64,000 nt of DNA from Acidimicrobiia bacterium (GCA_965248705.1 CBDFJY010000002.1:919095-983094); one strand, 5' to 3'; shown: positions 39,613 to 49,516, counted from the stretch's first letter. Notes: generated by a model not told the origin, from the letters alone. Program-made: numbers and translations.

Positions 39613-40017
39613 CTAGTCGGCGGGGTTTAGCTCCAACGAACAGGAGTTAAGGCAGTAGCGCTTCCCGGTGGGTCCGGGTCCGTCCGGGAACAGATGTCCG
39701 AGATGTCCTCCGCATCCCTTGCACAGCACCTCGGTGCGGGCCATGCCGTGGGAGGTGTCGGTGCGGGTCTCGATTCGCTCCGAATCCATGGCCTCCCAAA
39801 AGGAGGGCCACCCGGTGCCCGAGTCGTATTTGGTGTTGGAATCGAACAGTTCCATTCCGCATCCCGCGCAGGCGTAGATTCCGGGGTCCTTGGTGTTCCA
39901 GTAAGCGCCAGTGAAGGGGTGTTCCGTACCACCTTCCCGCAACACCTGGTATTGCATCGGGTCGAGGCGTTCCTGCCACTCGGATTCGGTTTGGGGTAGG
40001 GCAGTCTTTTCGCTCAT
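39613..40017 (-). CDS. msrB: Peptide-methionine (R)-S-oxide reductase
   Basis: Two CxxC zinc motifs and a catalytic RYCLNSCSL-type C-terminus. Confidence 0.9.
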   Translation of the reverse strand: MSEKTALPQTESEWQERLDPMQYQVLREGGTEHPFTGAYWNTKDPGIYACAGCGMELFDSNTKYDSGTGWPSFWEAMDSERIETRTDTSHGMARTEVLCKGCGGHLGHLFPDGPGPTGKRYCLNSCSLELNPAD

Positions 40018-40215
40018 AATGCATGGACTCTACAGAAAGAGGTTTAGGTTGTTGCGGTCGTTGCAATTTCTCTTGCGATCTGGTCCCGCGCCGTTCGGTC
40101 GGGCGGCGGAGGGAGCGAACGCTCCTCATATCCGTGCCTCGGTGGGTGGCATGCCAGTCCCCCATTTTCGATAGGATGGAATAGGCCGCCGCGGCCAGAG
40201 AGACCCAACGAAGAA

Positions 40216-40305
40216 ATGGCCCTTTATGATGTCGTGACCCTGGGCGAGACGATGTTTCGCCTGACCCCGCCTGGGGCGGGCCGGCTGGGCCAAGCTTGTC
40301 GCTTC
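40216..40305 (+). pseudogene. N-terminal fragment of a PfkB/ribokinase-family sugar kinase (remnant)
   Basis: MALYDVVTLGETMFRLTPPGAGRLGQA matches the first ~30 aa of KdgK-like kinases, then loses similarity. Confidence 0.4.
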
Positions 40306-40331
40306 GAGGCAGGGTTCGGATACAAAAGAGA

Positions 40332-40880
40332 TTATTGGAGGAGACAGATCAGGTGGTCCAACAGCACTATCTGGCCGGAGGACATCTTGGCCCGGGCTTC
40401 GGTGATGGAAAACCACTCGGCCCGGTCGATTTCAGGAAACTCTTGGGTCTTTCCGGAGCGGGGCGGCCACTCCATTGAGAAGAGCCCTGGGGCAAGTGCG
40501 GCCGAATCGAAATCGGCTTCCACCGCCCAGATGTTCATTACCTGGTGCGATGTCTTGACTTGAGGGAGTGGCAGCCAGGGTGCAGGCGGCGCCGGCCAGC
40601 CAGTCTCCTCCTCGAATTCGCGAGTGGCCGTTTCGTGGAGAGTTTCGCCATTGTGGGCAGCGCCCTTGAATACGGTCCAGCCACCTTGGTCGACTCGGGA
40701 CCAAAAGGGCCCGCCGTAATGTCCGAGGAGTACTTCGAGAGACTGGTTTGGGCTTAAGCGATAGATCAATAGGCCGGCACTTATCCGGGGAGGCACAATG
40801 ACGATTCGCTTCAGGCTGAGGGAAGGACGGTCAAACCGAGTTCCCCAATATGGCTTGCGCGAATGCTCCCAGGGTGGCAT
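40332..40880 (-). CDS. NUDIX hydrolase (start uncertain)
   Basis: NUDIX box GGW.VFKG...ETLHETATREFEEETGW. Confidence 0.6.
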   Translation of the reverse strand: MPPWEHSRKPYWGTRFDRPSLSLKRIVIVPPRISAGLLIYRLSPNQSLEVLLGHYGGPFWSRVDQGGWTVFKGAAHNGETLHETATREFEEETGWPAPPAPWLPLPQVKTSHQVMNIWAVEADFDSAALAPGLFSMEWPPRSGKTQEFPEIDRAEWFSITEARAKMSSGQIVLLDHLICLLQ

Positions 40881-41526
40881 AACTCCAGGTGGGTTGTGCG
40901 TCCACCACTCGGGCGGCGTTGTGATCCCGGCGGATCCACACGGTATCGATCCCCAAGGCCCCGGCGGGAGCGATGTCATGAAACAAGCTTTGCGCGACGT
41001 GCAGCACTCGGGATCTGTCGCCCAAGGTTGCGAAGGCGGCGTCGAACATAGCCCGGTTCGGTTTGTAAAGACCCACGTCCTCGGCCGTGATGATGTGACT
41101 GAACGAAACCCCTAACTGCCGGTTGGTGCGGGCAAAGAGATCGTTGTCCACGTTGGAGATGATGGCCAGGTCGAATCTTTGCGCCAACCTGGTCAAGGCC
41201 TCAACGGTGTCCGGGAAAGGCCTCCAGTCACCGACACTGCGGGCGAAATAATCGAGGTCGCCTGCAGACGGTGTAAAGGCCAAATCGCTGCCCAGGCGGC
41301 GCAGCACTTCTCGCAACACATCCGCGTACCGACCTCCGTCAGATTGGACTTCCGGTTCGGTGCGGGCAAAGAATTCCAACAGGTACATGTCTGAGGCTTC
41401 CCGGTTGTGGCCCCTCAGCACCGGTTGTAAGTGGTCGACGATTCCCGAACTCCAGTCCACCAGGGTGCCGTAGCAATCGAATGTGAGGACGCGGTAGTTC
41501 TCTGCTCGGGGGTGTTGTGAAGCCAT
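40831..41526 (-). CDS. HAD-family hydrolase (haloacid dehalogenase type II-like)
   Basis: LTFDCYGTLVDW motif I; ...LYKPNRAMFD. Confidence 0.7.
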   Translation of the reverse strand: MASQHPRAENYRVLTFDCYGTLVDWSSGIVDHLQPVLRGHNREASDMYLLEFFARTEPEVQSDGGRYADVLREVLRRLGSDLAFTPSAGDLDYFARSVGDWRPFPDTVEALTRLAQRFDLAIISNVDNDLFARTNRQLGVSFSHIITAEDVGLYKPNRAMFDAAFATLGDRSRVLHVAQSLFHDIAPAGALGIDTVWIRRDHNAARVVDAQPTWSYATLGAFAQAILGNSV

Positions 41527-41639
41527 GATCCTTTTCGCAACCGGCTTACCTTGAATTTTACTACTTTCCGGAGGAAGTCCAGCCGGTGGTGGAGTAAGGG
41601 GGCGGGGCTGGTTGGCTCCGCCCCCCTTTTGGTAAGTGG

Positions 41640-43334
41640 CTATCTGTTGTCGCCAAGATCGAGAGGCTGGGCGTTGAGGTACTTGCTTACGGTTCCCGCT
41701 ACCGTTTCCAAGTCCTGTTCGCAAGATCCTCGCTCGTCCCGATACAGGGAGTCCAAGTCTCGGTAAAGGGCATCCATCAACGCCTCAGGGGTGTTGCGGT
41801 CCCAGGCGTAGAAGCTATTCCGAGCGAACTCGGCATATTGCATCACGTAGGACTGGACCCGATAGTCGCAGGCGCCGTCGCTGAAGGGCAGATCCACGGC
41901 TCCCACCGGGGTGCGGGTGTGCAACTCCTTGAAAAAGCAGTCCAGGCAGGGTCGGTACCGCACGGTAGCCGACACCAGCCAGTCGTTTCTCCTGGTCTCG
42001 TCGGCCAGTTTCACCTCGAAGAAGGCAGCAGTGGCGACTCCGCCCAGCAGTGGAGCGGATTGACTCTTCACCAACTCGTCCTCTCGGAACAACTCCGAGT
42101 CGATCTTGCGGTTTTCGTAACCGATCAGACGCCACAGCTCGACCGATTCGGGATTGAACTCCACCTGGGCTTTTGCTTCCCAACCCACGATTCCCGATAG
42201 GACCTTGTCCAGGAACCGATCGCCGCTTTGGTAGTCGTATATGTACTGATACCAGCCCTGGGCCTGGTCGGCGATCTGTTCCAACAACACATCGTTGTAG
42301 TTGCCCTCGCCCACTCCACCGGCGGCCATGCTGATGTCGGAGTCTCTCTTGGCTCTTTCCACCAATTCCAGGATGCTGTCAGGTCCGGTAGCGGGACCGG
42401 TGTTGGCCACTCCATCGGACAAGAACAGCACCATCACCTGACGGTCGGAGTCACGGGCCTCATCGGCGGCGAGTTCGTAGCCCATTCTGAGACCTTCTCC
42501 GGCGTTGGTGGAGCCATCGGGATACAGATTGGCTTCCCGGTACCGGCGTCGGGCACGCTCGCCATGCTCTGGATGAACAATCACATGGGCATGATCGTGA
42601 AAGGTGACCAGCCCGAACCGGTCATCGGGATTGAGGCTGTCCAGCAATTGTTGCAATATGGTGGTGGCCACGTTCCAGCGGTCGCCGTCTGCCATGGAGC
42701 CGGACTGGTCCAGCACCACGATATAGCTCACCGGCTGATTGGATCCTCGCCCGGTCTCTACCGCGATTCGCACCAGGCGGTACTCGTCGCGAAGATAAAA
42801 TGGGTTCTGTGTGCCCTGCACGCACATTCTTATGGTTCCGTCGCTCACCGATTCATCACAGCGGGCATCGAAAGCGTTGATCATCTCCTCGGCTCTGATC
42901 GCATCGGGATTGGGTCGAGCGCCCTGATCCAGATACACGAACTGGCGATACCAACTGGCCGTATCGGCATCAAGACCAAAAGTCGAGAAAGGTTGCTCAT
43001 CGGCAGGGATCTGAGGATTCACACCGTAGCCCTGATAAAACACCAGCGGAAATTCCGTGGGAGCCGGTCTGGAGGAGGTTGTTTCCTTCGCCGCTTCCTC
43101 GCTGGCGGCACCTGAGAGTGCCGCCGCTGGCGTGGTAGTAGTCGGCGCCGGCGCACCCGACGAACTTGATGCCGCAGCCTCGGCTTCGGCAGCTCGTTGC
43201 TCGGCTGGGGCGGCAGTAGTAGCCGGAGCAGCGTTGGTGATGATTGCCTCAGAGTCGTCTGCGTCGCTTCCACAGGCGGCCACTGTTAGGGCCGATAAGG
43301 CCACAATGGCTGTTTTCAGCCAAATACGTTTCAT
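41640..43334 (-). CDS. Secreted lipoprotein with von Willebrand factor type A domain
   Basis: MKRIWLKTAIVALSALTVAACGS signal/lipobox; MIDAS motif VLDQSGSM. Start at ATG 43334, which has a spaced AGGA. Confidence 0.7.
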   Translation of the reverse strand: MKRIWLKTAIVALSALTVAACGSDADDSEAIITNAAPATTAAPAEQRAAEAEAAASSSSGAPAPTTTTPAAALSGAASEEAAKETTSSRPAPTEFPLVFYQGYGVNPQIPADEQPFSTFGLDADTASWYRQFVYLDQGARPNPDAIRAEEMINAFDARCDESVSDGTIRMCVQGTQNPFYLRDEYRLVRIAVETGRGSNQPVSYIVVLDQSGSMADGDRWNVATTILQQLLDSLNPDDRFGLVTFHDHAHVIVHPEHGERARRRYREANLYPDGSTNAGEGLRMGYELAADEARDSDRQVMVLFLSDGVANTGPATGPDSILELVERAKRDSDISMAAGGVGEGNYNDVLLEQIADQAQGWYQYIYDYQSGDRFLDKVLSGIVGWEAKAQVEFNPESVELWRLIGYENRKIDSELFREDELVKSQSAPLLGGVATAAFFEVKLADETRRNDWLVSATVRYRPCLDCFFKELHTRTPVGAVDLPFSDGACDYRVQSYVMQYAEFARNSFYAWDRNTPEALMDALYRDLDSLYRDERGSCEQDLETVAGTVSKYLNAQPLDLGDNR

Positions 43335-44242
43335 GGTCATTTCCTTTTCATGTTGTTGGGTTGTGTTGGGAGATGGAAGGCCACTAGCCCTCGGTGTCTT
43401 TTGAAAACAAGACATCGTGGGTGGGGTGAACCCTCTTTTCATGGTTTCTTCTTGTCTGATGTTGTCTAGGTCGGGGCCCTCGGCGTTTGGGTGTCTCGTC
43501 CCGTTCGCGGTACCTGGTTCCAGACTCTGTGGGGACGGCTTACCCTCGTCTGGGTACAGGTAGCCCAAGTTTCGGCAGAAGGCATGGAAAACGCCTCCGG
43601 GGTGTGGATGTCCTAGGGGTAGGGGTTGCTACCCGCTGTTTTCGACCTAATACGCCGGGTAAGCCGGCGCCGAGGATGGTTTGATACTCGGCCGTAGGGA
43701 AGACCTACTGCGCCCGCCGGGGTGCGGGCGTTTCAACTAGTGAAAAGCAATCGAGGAGCGGTGGTTAAAGCACCTGGCAACCGTTTAGCATCCAACCAAC
43801 CGGCCTTCTCGGCGCTGCGATCCGAACTGCTGGATTGGGTAGCCGTCAGGCGCCACTAGTCGAGACAGTCGGGATCGAACTCCCCTTGGGACTTGCCTAC
43901 CGGCCCACGACTCCTGACCGGACTTGATCAAGAGTCGGTTGGCCCTTCGGTAATCGCCGTAATGCCAAACAGGCCTTTGGTCTAATGAGTTTCATGGTTA
44001 GGTTCCTTTTTTCATTGTTTGGGTGTTTTTGGGAAGGCGAAACGCGATTCGCCTTTAAGCCCATACTAAAGGAACTGAGACTCTATATCGTGGATAAAGG
44101 TTACATTTTTTTTTCGCGGGTTTGATATTCCGCCGCGTGGTGCGACCAAGCGTCTGCAATTTTTCTTTGGTCAGGAGATTGCCGAAGCCGGTCACCTGCC
44201 CGCGCGGGCGCTCCCCAACCGGACGATGGCGCGCACCCCGTT

Positions 44243-44755
44243 TCAGCGTGAGAGGGCGGCTAGGACCTCGGGAAAGGCAGCTTCGGCGAGGGCTTGCATC
44301 TCTTCGTCGGTCCGGTCCTGGATGGGGTGGGACGTCAGCACCCTGCGGGGATACATGCCCAGGGCCTCTCCCTGGGCATCGGCCGCCTGGGCGAATCGGT
44401 CCGATGCGACGAACACCCCTGCTACACCCCGGTCTTCCAAATCAACGAGGTCGTGCACACTGCACGACGCGCACGATCCTCAGTCGGCCAGGGCTTCCAC
44501 CACTGCCGTGCACTCGGCGGCGATCTGCTGGCGCAGATCGAGGGGGGCCGGTTTGGAGAAGGTGGGCTTGCGGTAGTGCCTTACCGACACCCCCCTTTGG
44601 GAGAACAGCTCTTCCAGCCTCTTTATGAAGACATCGCCGCGCGGTTTGGAGATGTCCAGCAGGGCAACGGTCTGACCGGCAAGATCGGCGATTCGAGGAC
44701 TGAGGGGCCGCTTATGGGTAGTTCTTTCGCTGGTCGGGTCCAACAAGGCAGTCAT
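44243..44755 (-). CDS. Probable UGSC-family selenoprotein; in-frame TGA (44482..44480) read as selenocysteine
   Basis: ORFs 44480..44755 and 44243..44458 are in the same frame, separated only by TGA. The peptide across the junction reads ...ALAD-U-GSCASCS. A perfect 8-bp hairpin GUCGUGCA-GUG-UGCACGAC starts 11 nt after the UGA, at SECIS spacing. Confidence 0.6.
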
Positions 44756-44768
44756 CTGGCGCCCCCTT

Positions 44769-46232
44769 TTAGTAGTCGATAGCGGCGGTGGTCATTTGCG
44801 AACTGGATGCTCCACCGATCCAACCTGAGATTATCGCGGAGAACATTCCGGCGTCCCCGCCGGCGTGAACAAACCAAAGGCCTTCGGGAGTGAACTTCAA
44901 TACTTCCTTCTTCTTGGCAGCCACTGCGGGCGGCAGGCCCTCCGCGACTCCACCGGCGCCGGCCACCATCTCGTCGGTGGGGAGCGTGAGAAGGGCAGAG
45001 ATTTCTTGGCGAAGCCGGGCCTTGGACCAACCCGCTTCCCGGAAGACTCGGGCATGCTCGGGAGAAACCACCACTATGGCCTCGGACAATCCGGCAAACT
45101 TGGGATGACCTATCATGCGCAGCTGCAATGCGAAAGTGCGGGCCAGGGATTCGGGGTGGCGGGACCGCTGATCAACTATCTCGATCGGCCCGTGTCCGGC
45201 GAAGAGGGTGACGGTGGAATCCTGGGAGGAGTATCCCCGCTCTACTGACAAAGACTCCCATGGTGATCCTTCCTCATCCTCGGGAAAACAAAAGGACAGC
45301 TTTCCGGGGCTGCCCAGCGCGGCCCGGTCCACTCCGCCGGGCCGGGCGCCGCCCACATTGCGGACCACCAGGTTGAGGGCCCGCCCGATGGTCATGTTGG
45401 CTCGGTTGCCTTGGCCGAGGGCGTTGATCCCCGAATTCATCCCGATCCGTCGCCGGATCGGGCCGTTTACCACCAGCACGGGACCCGTGAAGTAGGTGGT
45501 GGCGGCGATGCCATGGATGTTAAAACGCTTCCCAGCTGCTGCTTTTACCGCCGACAGCACCACCGGCAGATACTCGGGCAAACAGCCCGCCATCACTGCG
45601 TTGATGGCCACTTTTTCAACTGTGCATTCCGCCAGGTCGGGAGGAAGGACACAGACCACCTCTTCGGGGGACAGGGGCGTGCCTTCCAGCATTCTCGCCA
45701 CTCGTCTCTCGGTGGGGGGTGTTACCGGCAAGCCATCGGTCCATCCGCGGGCGAAAGCCGCTTCGATGGGGTCCTCCGAGCTTCCCATCTCTATTCGACG
45801 AGATGCCAGGCGGTGAGGGGAATGTCGCCGTAGCATTCGCTGGTGAACATCGGGCAGCATGGTGTCCGAGCCGCACCCGGGGCGTTGGTCCGGTAGTCCT
45901 TTCCCCAGGCCTTGGGTTGCGGTCACCCGCTCCCACCCGCTTCTCAGCCAGCCTGCCTGCTGATCGACCACCTTGCCGCTCTCAATGCGATAGATGGTGG
46001 GGGTGGTCTCGGTTTGAAGTTGCCAGGAGATTTCCAGTTCTCGGTCGTGAATAACTTCCAATCCCGGAGGAAAGTCGGCTTGGTCCTGGGACACCAATGC
46101 CGGAGTGTGTCCTCCTCGGGACAACTCGGTGAGGACGGGTATCACCAAATGGCAGGTTTCGCAATCCTCTTTGATCACCACCACCAGCCCGTTGGGGATC
46201 GGAAGACTTGTAGGGGGTTGGTCGTTGGTCAA
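44769..46232 (-). CDS. Thioredoxin-like (CETC) domain fused to a ~380-aa domain of unknown function; immediately upstream of and co-oriented with the selenoprotein gene
   Basis: N-terminal CxxC plus a cis-Pro TPT thioredoxin-fold signature. The C-terminal domain is not recognised. 13-nt gap to the downstream gene. Confidence 0.5.
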   Translation of the reverse strand: MTNDQPPTSLPIPNGLVVVIKEDCETCHLVIPVLTELSRGGHTPALVSQDQADFPPGLEVIHDRELEISWQLQTETTPTIYRIESGKVVDQQAGWLRSGWERVTATQGLGKGLPDQRPGCGSDTMLPDVHQRMLRRHSPHRLASRRIEMGSSEDPIEAAFARGWTDGLPVTPPTERRVARMLEGTPLSPEEVVCVLPPDLAECTVEKVAINAVMAGCLPEYLPVVLSAVKAAAGKRFNIHGIAATTYFTGPVLVVNGPIRRRIGMNSGINALGQGNRANMTIGRALNLVVRNVGGARPGGVDRAALGSPGKLSFCFPEDEEGSPWESLSVERGYSSQDSTVTLFAGHGPIEIVDQRSRHPESLARTFALQLRMIGHPKFAGLSEAIVVVSPEHARVFREAGWSKARLRQEISALLTLPTDEMVAGAGGVAEGLPPAVAAKKKEVLKFTPEGLWFVHAGGDAGMFSAIISGWIGGASSSQMTTAAIDY

Positions 46233-46280
46233 GATGACACCCTGGGTTTGTGCAGGTTTAAAAGTCGGCCGGGCTTTATT

Positions 46281-46469
46281 TCATGAAGCTTTCCGACACA
46301 ATAGCGCGAGGCCCTTTTCATTAATCTGTGAACGGTGCTCAAGGTTGTAGGCGATCCTGGTGCTGTCGGGTGACCACACCGGATAGCCGCTGCGGTCTGT
46401 GGTGAGTTGCCGTTGATTGGCCCCGCTGGCATCCAACGCCCAGATCGTCTTTCCCGACATTGCGGGCAA
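46281..46469 (-). pseudogene. Fragment of a TolB/PD40 beta-propeller repeat protein
   Basis: LDASGANQRQLTTDRSGYPVWSPDSTRIAY is a classic PD40 repeat. Only one repeat is present; surrounding frames are broken. Confidence 0.35.
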
Positions 46470-46678
46470 AGACGATGCCCGCTGGGTCTGTTTCGTCGGA
46501 ATACTCCCCCACGTCGGGGACCGCAGACCCCGGTGGGGCCAGCATCACCAGCCCAGCCAAAACTCCTGAACCACTCGAGAAACCCCACCGTGACGGCCAA
46601 CTATTTCAGGGAACGGTAAGCCATGTGGTCAGCCTAACTCACCCCTGGCGTCTGTGACAGGGCCAGATTGGGAGTTGT

Positions 46679-47251
46679 CTACCCGATGGCGCCTTCGACT
46701 TGGAGCAATGTGCGTTTGCGCTCGGTCCCGCCCAACCCGTAGTGGCCGATCAGGCCGTTGGAGCGTACCACCCGGTGGCAGGGGATCACCAGGGGAACCG
46801 GGTTACGGGCCATGGTCTGTCCCACCGCCCGGGCGGCTTTGGGGCGTCCGGTGCGCCGGGCCAGCCATCCGTAGGAGCGCGTCTCACCGCGGGGGATGGC
46901 AGCAGTTTCATTCAGAACCTGTCGCTGGAAATCGGTTACCGAGCGAAAATCGACCGGAAGAGCACCGGGCGTGCCCTCCGCCAAGGCTTGGAGGATCAGA
47001 TCGTTCCACGTTTGGGGCGGCCGAGCTTCCAACAGTCGTCTTCGGAAACGTTGCTCGAATCGCTGCTGGAACCCATCGTCGAGCAGGTCCACAGCCGAAA
47101 CGCCCAGGGGATTGAATGCCACCACAACCGGCCCCAGGGGAGATTCGAACACCGAGAAACCATCCGACAACCCGGTTCCAAGCGCCACCCCGTCCTTTAC
47201 GCCCCTGGGGGCAGGGATTGCCAGTCGTCCCAACTTCTTTTCAATATTCAT
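46679..47251 (-). CDS. ogt: Methylated-DNA--protein-cysteine methyltransferase
   Basis: PCHRVV active site, HTH-like DNA-binding region. Confidence 0.85.
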   Translation of the reverse strand: MNIEKKLGRLAIPAPRGVKDGVALGTGLSDGFSVFESPLGPVVVAFNPLGVSAVDLLDDGFQQRFEQRFRRRLLEARPPQTWNDLILQALAEGTPGALPVDFRSVTDFQRQVLNETAAIPRGETRSYGWLARRTGRPKAARAVGQTMARNPVPLVIPCHRVVRSNGLIGHYGLGGTERKRTLLQVEGAIG

Positions 47252-47777
47252 TGACTGCTCCTGCTATTTCTTTATCGATAATCGACCGTAACCGGGCCAG
47301 CCCTCGGCGGACATCGCTTCTGGCAGTGTTGTGGGGACGGCCTGTCGTCTCGGAAATCTCCTCGTAGGAAAGCCCGGCCACATGTCTCAGAATCACCGCC
47401 CGACGTTGGGTCATCGGCAGAAGCGCCCATCGTTGGCGCCACAGATGAGAGTCGGGTGGCTCTGCCGGTAAGTACCCGGCATCCTCCAACTGTAGCGGTA
47501 CCGGTCGTATTGACTCTGCTCGAACTTCATTGCGCAGGAGGTTGAGTGCGATAGTCCAGACCCATCCCCGAAGTTTCATGTTGTGGATGCGTTTGGGCGG
47601 ATAGGTCTGCAAGGCTCGATAGGCCCGGATGAACGCCTCTTGGGTGAGGTCCTCGGCGCGATGGTGATCTCCAGTGAGCTGGCGAAGCCCACTGAACACA
47701 CCGTGCTGCAGCAGGGACACCAACTGCGGAAAACTGTTGTCCAAATCGGATGCCAGGGACCTCGCCAAGTTATCCAT
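47241..47777 (-). CDS. ECF-subfamily RNA polymerase sigma-70 factor
   Basis: Sigma region 2 (DLTQEAFIRAYRAL) and region 4 (LSYEEISETTGRPHNTARSDVRRG). Confidence 0.8.
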   Translation of the reverse strand: MDNLARSLASDLDNSFPQLVSLLQHGVFSGLRQLTGDHHRAEDLTQEAFIRAYRALQTYPPKRIHNMKLRGWVWTIALNLLRNEVRAESIRPVPLQLEDAGYLPAEPPDSHLWRQRWALLPMTQRRAVILRHVAGLSYEEISETTGRPHNTARSDVRRGLARLRSIIDKEIAGAVNEY

Positions 47778-47899
47778 CTACTTAAAAGAACCCGAATCTG
47801 CCCGGTTGCGTTGCATTAGGGCCGGGATTTCTTCGCGGGTGGGAAGCGGCGATCTTGTAGAGAGACGAATCAAGCTGCAAGATAAGCTACCGTGGTTCG

Positions 47900-48910
47900 G
47901 TGATGGCCAAAGAAGTCACCACCGTGGAGATCGCCGGGGAGGAGGTGCGGATTTCTAGTCCCTCCCGGGTGGTGTTTCCGAAATGGGGATGGACCAAGCT
48001 GGATGTCGTCAAACATTTCGTGGTGTGTGCGGAGGGGGCTCTTCGGGGGGTGGCCAACCGCCCCACCATGCTCAAGCGCTTTATGAAAGGAGTGGACCAG
48101 CCTCCCATCTATCAAAAGCGGGCCAAGCCGGGCAGTCCCTTCCAAACCATCTCCATTCGCTTCCCCTCTCAGCGTCCGGGGGTGATGAATGTCCCCACCT
48201 CTCGGGCGGACATCATCCGGCTGGCGCAGCTGGGCTGTCTGGACTTTCACCCCTGGCCGGTCCGGGCGGACGACATCGACCACCCCGATGAACTGCGGCT
48301 CGACTTCGATCCCACCCCCGGTTTTGGGTTTGACCATGTAAAAGAGGCGGCCCTGGGGGCCGGCGCCTTGCTAAAGGAGGTCGGGCTTCGGGGATGGCCC
48401 AAGACTTCGGGGAGCCGCGGGATCCATGTGTATGTGCGAATAGTGCGCTGCTACGACTTCCACCACACCCGCCGGGCGGTGCTGGCTTTCGCCAGAGAGC
48501 TGGAGAGACGGCTGCCGGGCCTGGTAACCACCAAATGGTGGAAGGAGGAGCGGCGAGGAATCTTCGTGGATTACAACCAGAACGCCCGGGACAAAACCGT
48601 CTCCTCCGCCTACGGGGTCCGGCCCACCGGATACGTCTCGGCTCCCCTCACCTGGGATGAGTTGCCTGCTGTCGAGATCGAGGACTTTCCAATGAACCGA
48701 TTCGCCGACCGTTATCAGGCGGTGGGTGACTTGACAGACGGGATCGATCAGTCGACGGGAGAGATTCATACCCTGTTGGAATGGGTGGTGCGTGACGAGG
48801 AGGAGTACGGCTTGGGCGACGCGCCCTGGCCCCCCCACTATCCAAAGCAGCCCGGTGAGCCTCCCCGGGTGCAACCTTCCCGCCAGCGCCGCGCAGACCA
48901 CGAATACTGA
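47900..48910 (+). CDS. Stand-alone NHEJ primase-polymerase (LigD polymerase-domain-like)
   Basis: SGSRGIHVYV and other archaeo-eukaryotic-primase-like motifs. No ligase or nuclease domain attached. Confidence 0.7.
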   Translation: MMAKEVTTVEIAGEEVRISSPSRVVFPKWGWTKLDVVKHFVVCAEGALRGVANRPTMLKRFMKGVDQPPIYQKRAKPGSPFQTISIRFPSQRPGVMNVPTSRADIIRLAQLGCLDFHPWPVRADDIDHPDELRLDFDPTPGFGFDHVKEAALGAGALLKEVGLRGWPKTSGSRGIHVYVRIVRCYDFHHTRRAVLAFARELERRLPGLVTTKWWKEERRGIFVDYNQNARDKTVSSAYGVRPTGYVSAPLTWDELPAVEIEDFPMNRFADRYQAVGDLTDGIDQSTGEIHTLLEWVVRDEEEYGLGDAPWPPHYPKQPGEPPRVQPSRQRRADHEY

Positions 48911-48940
48911 TTCCGCGTCCCGGGGGGTCGAAACGGGCCG

Positions 48941-49516
48941 CTATTTCTGACGCTTTTGAAAGTCCCGGTGGCTGCGGCTGGGGGTCGGGCCGGTCTGATC
49001 CTGGTATTTGGAGCCGGTGATCCCACTCCCGTAGGGGTTTTCGGCCGGGGTCGACATCTGATAGAAGCTGATCTGTCCGATCCGCATGCCGGGATAAATA
49101 GCGATGGGGAGCTGGGCGACGTTGGAGAGTTCCAGGGTGAGGTGGCCGTTGAAGCCCGGGTCGACGAATCCGGCCGTGGAGTGGATCATCAGACCCAGCC
49201 GCCCCAGACTGGATTTGCCCTCCAGTCGGGCTACCACATCGTCTCCCAGCCGGACTCGCTCCAGGGTGGCGCCCAAGGCGAATTCGCCGGGGTGAAGAAT
49301 GAAGTGATTGTCGGGTTCCACCTCGTGGAGGGAAGTGAGTTTCTCCTGGAGCCGGCGGGGGTCTATGTAGGGATAGAGGTGATTGGCGAAGACCCGGAAG
49401 GTGGCCGCCACCCGCAGGTCCACGCTGGAAGGTTGCACGTGTGACTCTTCGTAAGGCTCGATTTCGATCCGGCCCTCCTCCAAGGCTTCCTTTATGGATC
49501 GGTCAGAAAAGATCAC
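48941..49516 (-). CDS. dcd: dCTP deaminase
   Basis: [12 protein letters not shown]...SSVDLR, dUTPase-like fold. Confidence 0.85.
   Translation of the reverse strand: MIFSDRSIKEALEEGRIEIEPYEESHVQPSSVDLRVAATFRVFANHLYPYIDPRRLQEKLTSLHEVEPDNHFILHPGEFALGATLERVRLGDDVVARLEGKSSLGRLGLMIHSTAGFVDPGFNGHLTLELSNVAQLPIAIYPGMRIGQISFYQMSTPAENPYGSGITGSKYQDQTGPTPSRSHRDFQKRQK

Noticed and set aside
43860-43960. tRNA or tmRNA-like fragment (GGGATCGAACTCCCC)
   Set aside because: It has a T-arm-like sequence only. No acceptor or anticodon arms can be formed.
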